From the NCBI RefSeq assembly GCF_009914755.1, contig NC_060948.1: a stretch of 64,000 nucleotides of DNA, one strand, 5' to 3'. Both the position numbers and the translations under genes were made by a program. The notes beneath the pieces are model-generated. The model did not search any database, was not told the DNA's origin, and saw nothing but the letters and a program-made list of their open reading frames with translations. Positions 26,601-40,848 of this stretch are shown piece after piece; positions within the stretch are counted from its first letter, which is position 1, and every line of letters begins with the position of its first letter. The stretch comes from the human T2T-CHM13v2.0 reference genome, Homo sapiens.

Positions 26601-27907
26601 TTCTGTGTAATGGAATATTGATGATAAATTATGAAGTAGGCAATAAAAAGAGGCCAAATAAATGACCAGAGCACCTGAGTTGAGTCATTTCCTCCTGATA
26701 CATTAACAGCAAATATTAACTGTGTACCTTTTATGTGTCAGATGCTTTCGAACCCATTGAAAAGTTATGACATGGGCATAATGTCTTAGCACTGAGGTAT
26801 TACTCACTGATACGCAAGATCAGAGAAAAGAAAAGCCAAGGTAACCATAGTTGTCCATATTTTCCTTTTCCTATATCAATATTTGCCTCACATAGTTAAT
26901 TTTAGCTCTTTTCCTTTGATTATGGCTTTGCAGAATCATGAAGCAATACAAGGCACATGTTCACTGACAAACAATCTGACCACTAAGTGTAATTTATACA
27001 TTGTTAGATAGCCCCATCTTTGTGGCAGTATGAGGGGGGTAGGGGAAAAGTTAACTGAAAGTGATTACAATTCAAACTTTACAACTTATCAACTATGCAA
27101 CCTCAGCAAGTCACAACGTGCCATTAAATTTAAAGCAAATCACCACCGTCGATAAATATTTGAGAAGCCATGAGTAAGAAGAACAGAGGATGTGCTTTTC
27201 CATACCTTATCTTTTAAAAGCTACCCTAACTCAAACGCAGGAAAGTATTGGTTATTAATAAACATATGCATTTTTTAAACACTAAAGTTTCCATAAAATG
27301 TTAATCATAGACTACTTCCTTAGTGTTTATTGTGTTTCTACCAATGTAATTTAAACCTTTTACTTCTTTAAATGTGCCAAACAATTACTTTAGAAGTTTG
27401 TTTTTTAGCTTTCGGTCATAGGTCTCATCAAGACACTTTGTATTCTGCTCCCATCTCCTAAGTCCTCAGTCATGCTTTTAGGTTTTTCTTGCTGGAGTTT
27501 CTGGGTTCTGAAATTAGCGAGAAACATAAAGTAAATAAACTATAATAGCTGAGTTAACAAATTTAGGAAAAACATCACGTGACATGGTTTTAGTTCAACA
27601 GACTAAAACTGCTACATGACAATTACTACTGGGAAGTAGAAGAAAAGAGCCAGAAGTCCTCAGTGTATTTTATGAACTGACCTAATTACAGTGTGTTGAA
27701 ACTAGCAGAAGCAGTGGGCTGCGGCATATAACTGAGAAGAGTGAGAGGATCTCTGACTGAGGGGAGTCGGAGAGTCTCAAGAAAGAAGTGGTTTCTCATA
27801 GACCATAATTAATACTTAAACAATAGTTAAAGGTGATAAATTGTCCAAATCAATTCTGAGATGAAAGAATAATACTATTAGTTACAAAGTAATAAAAGTG
27901 CACTTAC

Positions 27908-28205
27908 GGCCTGGGAGCTGTGGCTTATGCCTGTAATCCCAGCACTTCAGGAGGCCAAGGCATGTGGATCACCTCAGGATGAGTTCAAGACCAGCCTGGC
28001 CAAAATGGAGAAAGCCTATCTCTACTAAAAATACAAAATTAGCCAGGCATAGTGTCACATGCCTGTAATCCCAGCTAGTCAAGAGGCTGAGGAAGAAGAA
28101 TCCCTTGAATCCAAGAGGCAGATTTCACAGTGAACTGAGATTGCACCATTGTACTCCAGCCTGGGCAACAAGAGCAAAACTCCACCTCTAAAAAAAAAAA
28201 AAAAA
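27908..28205 (+). mobile_element. Alu, full length
   Basis: Canonical dimer with poly-A; AAAAGTG(C/T)AC(T/C)TA flanks both ends as a TSD-like repeat. Confidence 0.92.
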
Positions 28206-28694
28206 AGTGTACCTATGTATTTGAATCGTCTATAACGCTGTCTGTAACTCTGGAATTTAATTAATTATCTCATAGATATTTAAGGTACAATGTTTGTTTT
28301 TCTCACTTAATAGTCTATCAGCTTTAGTCAAGTGTGGTGGCCTTCCACTATAATCCCAGTTTTGCAGAATGCTGAGGCAGGAGAATCACATGAACCCAAG
28401 AATTTCAGACGAGCCTGGACAACATAGAACATCGTGTCTCTTAAAACCAAAACATCACCAACAAAAAAACCCTACAAAACAAAAAACTGTTGATGGAATA
28501 CTGATCAAGTGCCAAAAGAGACAGAAACAGAAAGACGGGTCACTCAGGGCTTCCAAATACTGAAGAATAAAATGATCTTCATAGTAAGACTTCAAATCAC
28601 CCATTGCAGCAATTCCCAAACCCAGGGAGATGGATTCACAAATGATGAGATCCAGCCATCCTGAGAAGTACTGCAAAATACTGACTAGTCTGAG

Positions 28695-29259
28695 ATTTGA
28701 CCCAGCCATCCCATTACTGGGTATATACCCAAAGGACTATAAATCATGCTGCTATAAAGACACATGCACATGTATGTTTATTGCGGCATTATTCACAATA
28801 GCAAAGACTTGCAACCAACCCAAATGTCCAACAATGATAGACTGGATTAAGAAAATGTGGCACATATACACCATGGAATACTATGTAGCCATAAAAAATG
28901 ATGAGTTCATGTCCTTTGTAGGGACATGGATGAAACTGGAAATCATCATTCTCAGTAAACTATCAGAAGAACAAAAAACCAAACACCGCATATTCTCACT
29001 CATAGGTGGGAATTGAACAATGAGAACACATGGACACAGGAAAGGGAACATCACACTCTGGGAACAGTTTTGGGGTGGGGGGAGGGGGGAGGCATAGCAC
29101 TGGGAGATATACCTAATGCTAGATGACGAGTTAGTGGGTGCAGCGCACCAGCATGGCACATTAATACATATGTAACTAACCTGCACATTGTGCACATGTA
29201 CCCTAAAACTTAAAGTATAATAATAATAAAGAAAAAGAAAAAAAAAAAGAAAAAAAAAA
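28695..29259 (+). mobile_element. Young 5'-truncated L1 (L1PA2-like) 3' end with poly-A tail, in OFD1 intron 9
   Basis: Open ORF2 C-terminus [24 protein letters not shown]...IFSLIGGN. The 3'UTR has GATGACGAGTTAGTGGG (GAG rather than the ACA diagnostic of L1HS-Ta), retained CpGs and a long A tail. Confidence 0.9.
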
Positions 29260-30283
29260 GGATCCAGGTATTAGCTCCCTCTGCTGGTAATGTGGAAAGC
29301 AATGGAGAGGTAAACTACATTGATTTAATATATATGCTGAGAGAAGGGAAATGGAGTAGAGAAAATGTGGGTTAAAAAAAGTGATGTACTCTCTCTGCCC
29401 AAATGTTGATTCTCTTTTTTTCTCTCTCTCGATTAATTTACCTTTTCATTATTGCCAAAAAGAGAGTAAAGTACACAGTGAGTTGAAATAAAAAAAATCA
29501 AACCTATAGAAGTGAGAAAACAACATTAAATAAGATGGAGACAAATTTTTTAATGAGTTAAAATCCCTAAAGTATCTATCAGTGTCAATTAACAGCACAT
29601 TCCCAGTGGAAAAGAAGGCTTCTTGTGCAAACTATAGACAGGTGAGCCTACTGTCAATCCCAGGTAATATACAGATGAAACATTTCTGGGCACTTAGAAA
29701 AAGTGAATAGCATTGAGAAATAGTTTCAGCAGTACAAGTCAAGTCAAACCACAATACTTCCTTTTTTTGAGCACAGAGCTGGTAAAAACCACAGGCCTGG
29801 ATATTTGAAATTCAGTTACAATAAATAAACACACAAAACTATCAGACCTGAAGGAATGAAGTTAACTTTAAAATATATGATCTGTTGAAGTACTAACAGC
29901 GTCTCCAAATTTTCTGTATGATGTTACTGTGGCCTGGTGATAGCATCTCATTCTGCCTTTCATCTTAATGTTTAATATTTCAAAAGCACAGCCCTAGTGT
30001 TTGTTTCCTTAACATGTAACTTCTAATGCTGGGTGATATCACCTTTATAAAAAGGAATTCTATTTGTCAACAAATGTTATAATATTGAGACATATATTGA
30101 GTAATTATTTTTAATCTCATCATTCTGAATATCCAGAATAAACATGCATACCTACAGTTCAAAATCTTCAACTCTCTGCTTCAGCTCTGCTTTTCTTTCT
30201 CTTAACAAATCCATATCTTTTAGTAAAAGAAGCCTTGAGCATCAATTTTCTTGTTTCAATCTCTAAAAAAGCATTTATTTTTG

Positions 30284-31415
<1,132 letters not shown>

Positions 31416-33306
31416 CCCTTAACTATAATTTTGTAAGTTCTTCAGGAAAAAAAAAAATAAATGTACATTCAGAAATAAAACTCCAAAAGAATAAAATCTC
31501 CTTGGTTTTTAATGGTGGTGCTGTCTGAATGTTTCAGTTCATGAGTCATTGAGTTCATGGGTTATGAGTCATAATTCAGAGTTAGAAAGCTCATATGAAC
31601 TTGTAAATGAAGGAGCCAACCTTCCACTTATGTCCTCACAGAGCAATAAATTACTAACTACCTATCAAGAAGCACGCTGGGACTGGATACAAAAGTGTAA
31701 TCAGGTATAGTCCTTATCTCTGAAGATCTCACAGTATAGTCAGGGAGAACCAATCACACTAAGACAGGATAATTTTATAACTCAGGTAAATAAAGACCAC
31801 ATTCAGGAATGAGCCCTCAAATGAGTTTCTAAGTGGGAATCATGGAAGGCATTGCAGGGGTGACATCCAAGCTGGGCCTTGAATGACACTGTGGTTTAAT
31901 CCGGGAGAGAAGGGGATTGATATTCCAGGTGACGAAATACAGGCATGGTGGTTTTTATGGGAATGACAATCTTCCTCAAAGACTTCAGATACTCACAGTT
32001 GAATAAACAGAAATCTAGTTAGTCACCTATCCTGAAGATGAAGTTATTAGTCTAAACACAATAGAATCATCTCAAAGATCTGTGCACCCAACATTCAATT
32101 TTATAGCTGAGGTAAGCCCTATTTCCAGAAATGAGATAGAAAATTTTAGAGCATGTGCCCTTAGCATTAAACAACCTATGTCTCATTGAGAAGCTCCAAG
32201 CAAGGGGGAAGACTTCCTACTTTTAACATCCGGCAGCAGCAGTTTTAGATGTATGTTTGAAATACTGCTGTATTTCTTAGACTGTTTGGTCTAAGACACA
32301 CACTTGGAAAAGAAATAAGATTTCTTAAAGGAATAGTTAGATTCCCACTTACCAACACAAACTCCCTGTCACTCCTCATCCTCTTCATATCCTTCCCAAT
32401 TGCTTTACCAGTAATGAGATCAAATGGCCACATGGATGACCCTAGGGTCCCTAGTGACTCCTTCACCCCAGGGATATTTACTCTTGCTCATTTCCATGGC
32501 TCCATCCAATGGCAGCACACTGCCTTTGATTTCCAGTCTCCACTTGAAATCTCATCCTGTAGTTCTGCACTCCTGGACCATCTTTATTCTTCCACATGCC
32601 AGTCTCTCCAGATCTAGTTCTTGATCGCTGAGACTACCACTCAACACTCCCTTTCCACCTAGGTCACCCGCCCCCTGCCCTCTCCTCTGCTTACCTTCAC
32701 TACACAGGAGAACCACAGATTCTTCAGTTAAATAGGCTGTCTTTCTCAAGGAAAATGAATTATGCTATGCAAAGCTCCACTTCCAGAGCATCTCCATATT
32801 TCCAACCTCAGTGAAAGGGGCAGCAGAGACAGACCCTTGCAATTCCTCCCCAGAGCTAGAACAGAAACACGTGGTTTTGTCTCTCTCAACTCCAGGTTAC
32901 CCCAACCATAGCTGGGCCTTCAGTACAGGTAATCAGTCAGCTCTCCTTTAAAGAGCTGTTCTTACCTTACCCACAGGAACTACTCTGCACCTCCAAGCTG
33001 CTCCTGAAACCCTTAATCTATCTCCTTAATTTGTCTAAGAAGATGAAGCTTTTCAGCGAGTGTTTCTCATAATTCCAACTTGTCGGGTCACCTATGCAAT
33101 TCTTCCCTTTCCACCAGTCTCAAAGGATGAAAATCCGTGTATCCGTTTCAAGGCCCACCGTTCTTTTATTTGCAATCTTGGCCGCAGTCCCTACTGCTCT
33201 TCTGGGGCCTTTTTCCATCAATTGTAACATCTCATTCCTGGATCCTGAGTCAATCCAATAATAGCTGTAGGAAATATCCACCCAGTAAAATATTTGTAAA
33301 TACCAC

Positions 33307-33933
33307 CTCTTGGTGCTTTTGGTTTCTCTCAAAGATACTCTTTCTATAAAGAATGAGGCTTTCAGATTCTGCTTGACAAATCTTCTCCAAATCACTTCAG
33401 AACATAGCTAATTCATTTGCATACTCTCTTACCACTTCCATTAAAAAACTTCAACTGCAAATTGATTACAAAAAAATAAAAGTTCCAATCATTATACCAT
33501 AAGAACAGCAACAAATTCTCCCTCCACAGCTAGGCTCCACATTAATGCTCTGTCCAAATATGTTATATTTATTTAATCTATAGTTTTATATCATTTACTG
33601 TATTTGTAGAACTCAATCAAAGGTATAAACAAATCTCATCAGAAAAAAATTGATATGCACAGCACTGAAGTATTCCATTTTTTATTAAAATTTCCAGGTA
33701 TTTTTTTTTTATTATACTCTAAGTTTATACATAAGATTAAACCTTTAGATGACAAACAAAAACATGACTCTTGTTAACTGTAACAAGATAAACATTACCT
33801 TTTGACACATTCCTGTCAGAAGTTGCTTTTCTATTTCTCCGTATCTTCATTTAGCTTTATTTCTAGAGACTCAAACTTTATATGCTGAGGATAAGCATCT
33901 GCAATTGATCATCAATAAGCTGAAGATTGCCAG
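33307..33933 (-). pseudogene. OFD1: OFD1 exon 7 (33933-33799) and exon 8 (33454-33307) homologs
   Basis: LQLIDDQ...ESLEIKLNE...MCQK in exon 7. Exon 8 begins TTGAAGTTTTTT, ends AAGCACCAAGAG|GT and has an internal deletion of about 26 nt. Confidence 0.9.
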
Positions 33934-34254
33934 CTATTAAAAAGTAACAGGTCAAATTAGGACACAGAGACATGGTGAGGTGTGCAAGAGGCCAGTCTTC
34001 TGGTTCAAAAATAAAGAGTATACTTTGGGGAAAGCATGGGTGTCTGCAATTTACTCTGAAAAAAAAACAAAAAAAGATGTAAGATAGATGAATAGATGAA
34101 CAGAAAAAAATGATGAAGCATATATAATGCAAATGTAATAGTGAAATCTAGATGATAGGTATGTAAGTGTTGACTAGAATTGTTTCAACTTTTCTCTATG
34201 TTGAAGATGCTTAGGCATTTACCAGCAACCACTGTGCTCACTAATTTAATTTAA

Positions 34255-35920
34255 TTTAATTTTTTTTTTTTTTTTTAGAGACAAGGTCTTGCTATGTGGC
34301 TTGCCCAAGTTGATCTCAAACTCATGGCCTCAAGTGATCCTCCTGCCTGGGCCTCCCGAAGTGCTGAAAGCACAAGAATTAGTCACTTTGTCTGGTTATA
34401 GCTTTTAAGAATACATCTGAAGAAAGTCCTTCCTAAGCATGATACAAAACCTGGAGGCAATAGGGAGATATCTTTATGAACCTCACTACATAAACATTAA
34501 AAATTTACATATGGCATAGAATAAACAAAAATAATACACTGGAAAAATAGTTACAATAATATGCAGGCATAACCAGGACTAAAGTTATTACATTTTAATA
34601 TTGTTAAACAGCTCTTACAAATCAGTTAAGACAAAAGAAAACAAAACTGAAAAATGGGAGAAAACATGGACAGATTATAGAAAAAATAAAATGTCAAACA
34701 AAGATGAGAAATATTATCACATGTTGAATAAACATGAACAAAATCACAAATGCAAGTTAATAAAGCAAAGAAACCATTATTTTCCCTGTAACACCATTAA
34801 GATTAATACTTTGATAACGCTAATGTTGGCAATGGAGTGGAAGTGTAGCTATCCTCATTCCCTTGGGAGAGGTATGTGTCAGTGCTTATATATATTCAAA
34901 ATGCAAGTGTCTTTCCATCTACTCATTCTAATTCTATGAATTCACACAGCTGTACTTTTACAGGTGCACAGAGTGTGCACATTGCATATTGGTTGCCTCT
35001 ATTGGAAAAGGGCAAACAATAAGACAACTAAATTTCCATCAATGGGGGTTAAATATTTACTTTAAAAACAATTAACTCAATATACTGCTACAGATAGATA
35101 TATTGGTGGATAGAAAAAGCAAATTGCCTACAGGATCTATAATATAATTTTATTTGATTGTATGTTTAAATTAGAAATACATAGACTTTTAACCTCAATT
35201 CTAGAAAAATAAGAAAGAAACAAAATTATTAAAATTCGAGTTATCAGTGGAGAGTGAGATTAGACAACACAGGCAGAAATTGCTAGTTTATTTTCACTTT
35301 ATATCCTTCTGAATAATCTGAAACTTTGTTTTAAACCAGAAGCATAAATTATTTAAGAAATTTTTAGTTTCTTGAAACTAAAAGTATTAGTCAGCTCAGC
35401 ACTTTATCCCCATCCCCATCGTCTTCACTGAGGGGATTACAGTTAGATTGCTTTGACAGTCTGCATTCTATCCAGGGATCAGAAGAACAAAATTTGCAAA
35501 TATTAATGTTTCTTCATGGTGATGTAAATTATGGGCTTTCATATTGTTCTTTTCATTCTCCTAACAGTGTCTTTCACAGAGATGATTTTAATTTCAGTTA
35601 AGTCTAACATCTATTTTTTTCTTTCATATATCTTGCTTTTGGTGTCATATCACATCGTGAAACTCAGGATCACATAGACTTTCTCTTGTTTTTATTTGGA
35701 AATATTATAGTTTTGCAATTTACATTTAGGTCTACGGTTCATTTCCATACATATGAATATTCAATTATTTCAGAGTCACATGTTGAAAAGACCATATTTA
35801 CTCTATTGGATTGCCTTTGCACCATTGTTAAAAAAATCAATTGACAATATTTGTGTGAATCTATCTCTGAATTCTCTATATCTATTCCCATTGATGTATG
35901 TGTCTATTCTTTTGACAATC
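34255..35920. mobile_element. Antisense Alu monomer (34255-34395) and old L1M fragments (+ then -)
   Basis: GGCCTCAAGTGATCCTCCTGCC motif; degraded L1 ORF2/3'UTR motifs. Boundaries approximate. Confidence 0.6.
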
Positions 35921-36486
35921 ATAGATAAGAATTTTAACTTTCTAAAAGCAAAGGGCCAATGTCCACATTTTCTTTCCTCGTCCAAATTTTGTGTGTATCA
36001 TTATCTGCATATCTTTATCTCTCAAAGGAAATATTAACAGTGGGAAGACTGGGTGACTAGAAGCTAGGAGGAAAGTACTGTGACTATTCAACAGTTTGGC
36101 ATCCCCTGAGAGTAGGTATACTAAAATAGGATAGGATGACATGTCTCTGAATCAGGGAACAGAAAACTGTTCAGTACAGTATATCTTCCTATAAGTTTTC
36201 TGTTGTCAAATTGGAAGCCACAAATTTTTAAAATAATTTTTCTTTTACCAGAAACTATTTTATTGTTAGCTAAGAATTCTATCCAAATTTTGACACTAGG
36301 ATGACTGACATGTTTTCTACTCATCATTTTTCTGACTTCTGGAAATTTTACGGGGATGCTAGGTAAAGCTTGTAATGGTTGTCAGCCAGATAGATTTCTG
36401 AACCAGATGGATTTAAAGAGACTGTGTAAAGATGGAAAAACTGTTTTTAAAGATAATGTATTATAGTAAATATATAGATTATTTCA

Positions 36487-36950
36487 TGTTGGGGGCCCAG
36501 TCAGGCTGGTGGAAAAAATATTAAAGACTGTTATAGTAATAGCCACAAACCATCTTGGAATGTCAGAGAGTTTGCATAACTTCGGTAACAGATATGGTTG
36601 AATATGGTTGAAGGCGACCTGCTTTACCTTTAGTTAAATAGATTAAAGTACTAACAAAGGAATGTGGGGAAGTTATGTAGCTAGCTTTTTTACTCATGTG
36701 GTCTTAAGACTAATCTTTGAGGTACCATGGGTGCTTAAGTGCTTTCCACTCGGGAATACCACAATGTCAATTACGCCCCAGTGGTGTTGACTAAAGTCTT
36801 TCTCAATTAATCTTTACTGATAAATGCGAGTCTCACTAGCTGGTCAGGGCCAAAGTTGCAACTGTTTTACAGCACTCTACTGGAGTCTGTAAGTGGCTCA
36901 GACACCCAGCTTCAGCTGGACTGGGAAAGCAGAACATCTGTGTATCAGTG
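36487..36950 (+). mobile_element. LTR22-like (HML-5) LTR, 3'-truncated, no internal sequence
   Basis: Starts TGTTGGGGGCCCAGTCAGGCTGGTGGAAAAAATATT; contains ATAAATGCGAGTCTCACTAGCTGG and CAGCTGGACTGG...GCAGAACATCTGTGT, as recalled for LTR22. Confidence 0.7.
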
Positions 36951-36989
36951 CTGGTGCCACAGTGTGAGAAGTGTGAGAAGTGCTACCAC

Positions 36990-37003
36990 AGTTTTTTTTA
37001 TTT

Positions 37004-37073
<70 letters not shown>

Positions 37074-37478
37074 TTCCTTCCTTCCTTCCTTCCTTCCTTC
37101 CTTCCTTTCTTTCTTCCTTTCTTTCTTCCTTCCTTCCTTCCTACCTTTCTTTCTTTTTTTCTCTTTCTTCTTCTTCTTTTTTTCTTGTTAGGGGTAAAAT
37201 GGAATCTAGCTCTGTCACCCAGGCTGGAGTGCAGTCATATGATCTCAGCTCACTGCAAACTTCACCGCCCGGGTTCAAGTCATTATCGTGCCTCAGCCTC
37301 CAGAGTAAATGGGATAAAATGCACTTACCACCACGACTCAAACATTTTTGAATTTTTAGAAGGAGTGGAGTTTCACTGTGTTGGTCAGGCTGATTTCAAA
37401 CTCCAGAACTTTAGTGATCCTCCTGCTTTAGCCTCCCAATATCCTGGGATTACAAGCATAAGGCACTGTTCCTGGCCC
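36990..37478 (-). mobile_element. Antisense Alu (about 37190-37478) with tail expanded into a (TTTC)n/(TTCC)n microsatellite (36990-37190)
   Basis: Tandem TTTC then TTCC units; GCTCTGTCACCCAGGCTGGAGTGCAG. Confidence 0.92.
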
Positions 37479-37559
37479 GTAGATTATTCCTTAATATCTC
37501 TTCAAGCCATTCATTTTATTTTGAAGTAACAATTAAGCAATAGATAGCTGCTATATACC

Positions 37560-37760
37560 TTAGAATCATGCTGTTCATTATGATAGTCACTTTGCACATG
37601 TAGCTAATTAAATATAAATTAAAAATTTAGTTATTCAGTTACACTAGCTACATTTAAATTGCTCAATAGCCACAAGAGACTGGCAACTACCACATTAAAC
37701 AGTATAGGTAAAGACGTTTCCAACATCACATTGAGTTATTCTGAATGGTGCCTAGAGCAC
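37560..37760. mobile_element. hAT-Charlie MITE remnant (MER3/MER33-like); a similar one lies at about 54120-54300
   Basis: CAGTTACACTAGCTACATTTAAATTGCTCAATAGCCAC motif typical of MER3/MER33. Confidence 0.55.
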
Positions 37761-38693
37761 AGACTATAGAATCATTTACCTACTGAATTTCAGTAGGGAT
37801 GGTCTAGTGTGCAGGCAGCCTAGAAAGTCTTGTTCTTCAATTTATTTATCTTCTACTAACATTACTACAATGAAGCCTGGCAATTAAGTCACAGACTCAG
37901 TGGCTGACAGAAAGTATGTACTCAAATGATTAAGTTCTGAATGAATGAATGAATGAATAAATGTCTCTGTCAGGATGATAGAAATGCATGCAACAGACAA
38001 AATCCCAAGGGCGTAGGAACACAAAAGGACCATTACTAATTCACATATTATTTTAAATGTCCTAAGGTATAACTAAGCATAAAAGGCAAGTTGCCAGCTT
38101 ATGTTCATGCTACAAAGTCCATTATGAAGTCTAACCAATGGTCCAGAACTCACAGTAGTTACAAACTATAAAAGTTTTGTATGAAGGCCAAAATTAAGGC
38201 AATTAATCAGGTCTGTGTATACACTTAAGAGCAAAAGTTATATTACACATTACTAAACACATACTTTATTCATTAATGGCATATTAATGCATTTAATACT
38301 CTTATCAATTGCACTGGAGAGGCATACCTAGTATACAAAGATACTTGGCCTAAAAGACAGTTTTTTGAAGGTTTTTTTTTTCTTGGAAATGTTCCCAACA
38401 ATGGATATTTTTACAGGCAGTATCTTTCAGTGTGTCTGTAGGACCCTTGATATTGTCTGAAGTTTTCTCATTTGACTATCTAAAAGTTATTATGAAAATG
38501 AAAATATGGGAATAATGACCTGCAGAACAGGTGAAATATTGCTTACAAAGTAAGATATGGTCAGCAAGGAAAAACATGTAATTTAAATCAAATTAAATTT
38601 CTTACTCTTCTCACTCAAAATTAGCTTCATTCTTTTAGAAGGAAAAGTACGTAGAAAAATCTTGCTACAGTTTAAAAAGATATAGGCTCCTAC

Positions 38694-38877
38694 CTTTATG
38701 GGTTTCTTTATCAAACTCTGACACATGTTAAAAAATATTTTACTTTTATAAAGCTATTTGTTTATAATTAACAAACCAAAATAGATTATAGAAACTAAAT
38801 AAACTTACCAGTGAGTTCTAGGAACTGGAAGTAGGGTGAATTTTTACTGAGTGCAATCAATCCTGCATAGTAAATAC
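38694..38877 (-). pseudogene. OFD1: OFD1 exon 4 (38877-38809, 69 nt) and exon 5 (38724-38694, 31 nt) homologs
   Basis: Exon 4 reads VFTMQD*LHSVKIHPTSSS*NSL vs [23 protein letters not shown], with AG/GTAAGT. Exon 5 is GTGTCAGAGTTTGATAAAGAAACCCATAAAG with the acceptor changed to AT. Confidence 0.9.
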
Positions 38878-39414
38878 CTTAAGAAAATAAAAGGTTACCA
38901 ATTAGACATGGTTTTATAGCAGTGTTTAAATCACACATTATAATGTTTATGAATATGAGATTGAGAAACATCCTTCAGAAAAAAAAACTAAGATTACAAA
39001 GGAAAATTGAAGCTCTTTCTTACAATGTTAGATAAAATACAAAAACACATTGAAATACCTTTCTTGATTTTGCAATCAACCTCTAAGTATTTTACATCAA
39101 AGGTCATTCAATTACAATTTTTTAAAAGTAGTGTTTAAAATATAAATAAGCTAAATTTTCATTGTCTTTGCAATCATGATGAAAGTGCACTTAAAATACT
39201 GTTAAACAGACATTTTGGGCAGCTATTTATATATATTCTACAAAAGTATATATCAATTATTATGTCTACCCTGAGAACACTGATATGTTTTCAACTGGAT
39301 TTCCTTTAAAGAAAACATTTTGAATTGGCATTTTATATTTGTAGAAACAATTAAGTTGTTTCAGTGGGATGAATTCCTGTTATAAGAATCATACAATTGG
39401 TAATTACACTTACC

Positions 39415-39965
39415 AAAAAAAAAAAAAAAAAGCAGAATATGGTGGTGTGTGCCTGTAATCCCAGCTGTTTGAAAGGCTGCAGTAGTATAATTGCTTGAAC
39501 TCAGAGGGCAGTTGTAGTAAACTCAGATTATGCCACTGCCCTTCAGACTTGGTGACAAAGTGAGACCCTACTACTAAAAAATGAATATGTAAATAAATAC
39601 ATTCATAAAATGGTTAAGTACAATTTGGTTGCTTATGAAGAAACAACACATTTAAAATTTTCATTTCAATACTGTACTAAGGCCAGGCATTTTGGTTCAC
39701 ATCTGTAATCCCAGGACTTTTGGAGGCTGAGGCAAATGGATCACTTGAGATCAGGTGTTCGAGACAAACCTGGCCAACAAGGTGAAACCCTGCCTATACT
39801 AGAAATACAAAAATTAGCCAGGTGCTTGGGTGAGCACCTGTAATCCCAGATGCCTGGGAGGCTAAGGTGAGAGAATCGCTTGAAACAAAGAGGTGAAGCT
39901 TGAAGCCCAAGATCATACTACCGCACTCCAGCCTGAGCAACAGAGTGATACTCCATTTCAAAGAA
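39415..39965 (+). mobile_element. Alu right monomer (39415-39590) and full Alu (39681-39965)
   Basis: Alu motifs. Confidence 0.85.
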
Positions 39966-40848
39966 AATAATTACAATATGAAGCTTCTTGTGTCCTTAAA
40001 ACTTTGAAATATGAAAGTTTTACATAACTATACAGAAAATAAAGAAAGTAAAAACATATACACAACACCAAGAGTGAAATTTAATGTAAACGATAGACTT
40101 TGGCAATAATGACTTTTCGGGGAAGGTTTATCAATTGCAGCAAATGTACCACCTTGATGAAAGATATTGACAGTGGGAGAGACTGTGCATGTGTAGGAGC
40201 AGTGGGTGTATAGGAATTCTTTGTACTTCTCCATCAACATGGCTGTGAACTAAAACCTGCTCTAAAAAACAAAGTCTACAAACAAACACCCCCACCCCCA
40301 CCACACACATATTCACAGGGAAAGTTTTCTCTATATACATTTAAAATAATAAATTGGGATGAATGTTCAATAATAATGGTGAAGAAATGCAGTTAAAATA
40401 ATTAGAAATGTACTAAAAATGATATGAATGTCTCTTTATTATTTGGAAACTTTACAGAGTTTTAAGAAATATGTCACATAATTTACTTGATTCACCTCTC
40501 CACATTCTGGTTCCTCATATGTAACACACAAAATATCTGTTGTGTGTCTATTGCAGTGCCAAGCTCAGAGCAGACATTTAGCAGATTAGCAGAGTTTTAT
40601 AAACAGCAAAGAAAATAGATAAATCAATTTTAGCTCTTAAACATTTAGAGATTGTAGATCACAATCTTACAAAAGACTAAATGTGATACCAAGAAATTAA
40701 TTTCAAATTTAGTAACCACTTGTTATATAAAAAATGTATGCAAATTCAAAGAGGAATGAGAAATGCACCTACTTTAAAAGCAGTTACCTATAATGCGCAT
40801 GTTACAGTCAGCCAAGAAAAAAATCTTAATAAAAAGTACAAGGATACA

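Larger units (their letters stand above)
24335..30260 (-). pseudogene. OFD1: OFD1 exons 9 (30260-30156), 10 (27507-27389), 11 (25602-25529) and 12 (24426-24335) homologs
   Basis: IETRK...LLKDMDLLR (e9); AGACCTATGACCGAAAGCT...CTTCTAAA|GT (e10); 74-nt GTATCAACTTGAA...GAAGAATAAAG|GT (e11); AAGCTGTTTACTTGCAAGAGGAGCTCATAG...GAGGAACTCAATCAATCTG (e12, donor lost). Confidence 0.9.

Noticed and set aside
36856-37529. F/L/S/P-rich ORFs of 111-193 aa resembling membrane proteins
   Set aside because: Translations of the (TTTC)n/(TTCC)n microsatellite and an antisense Alu.
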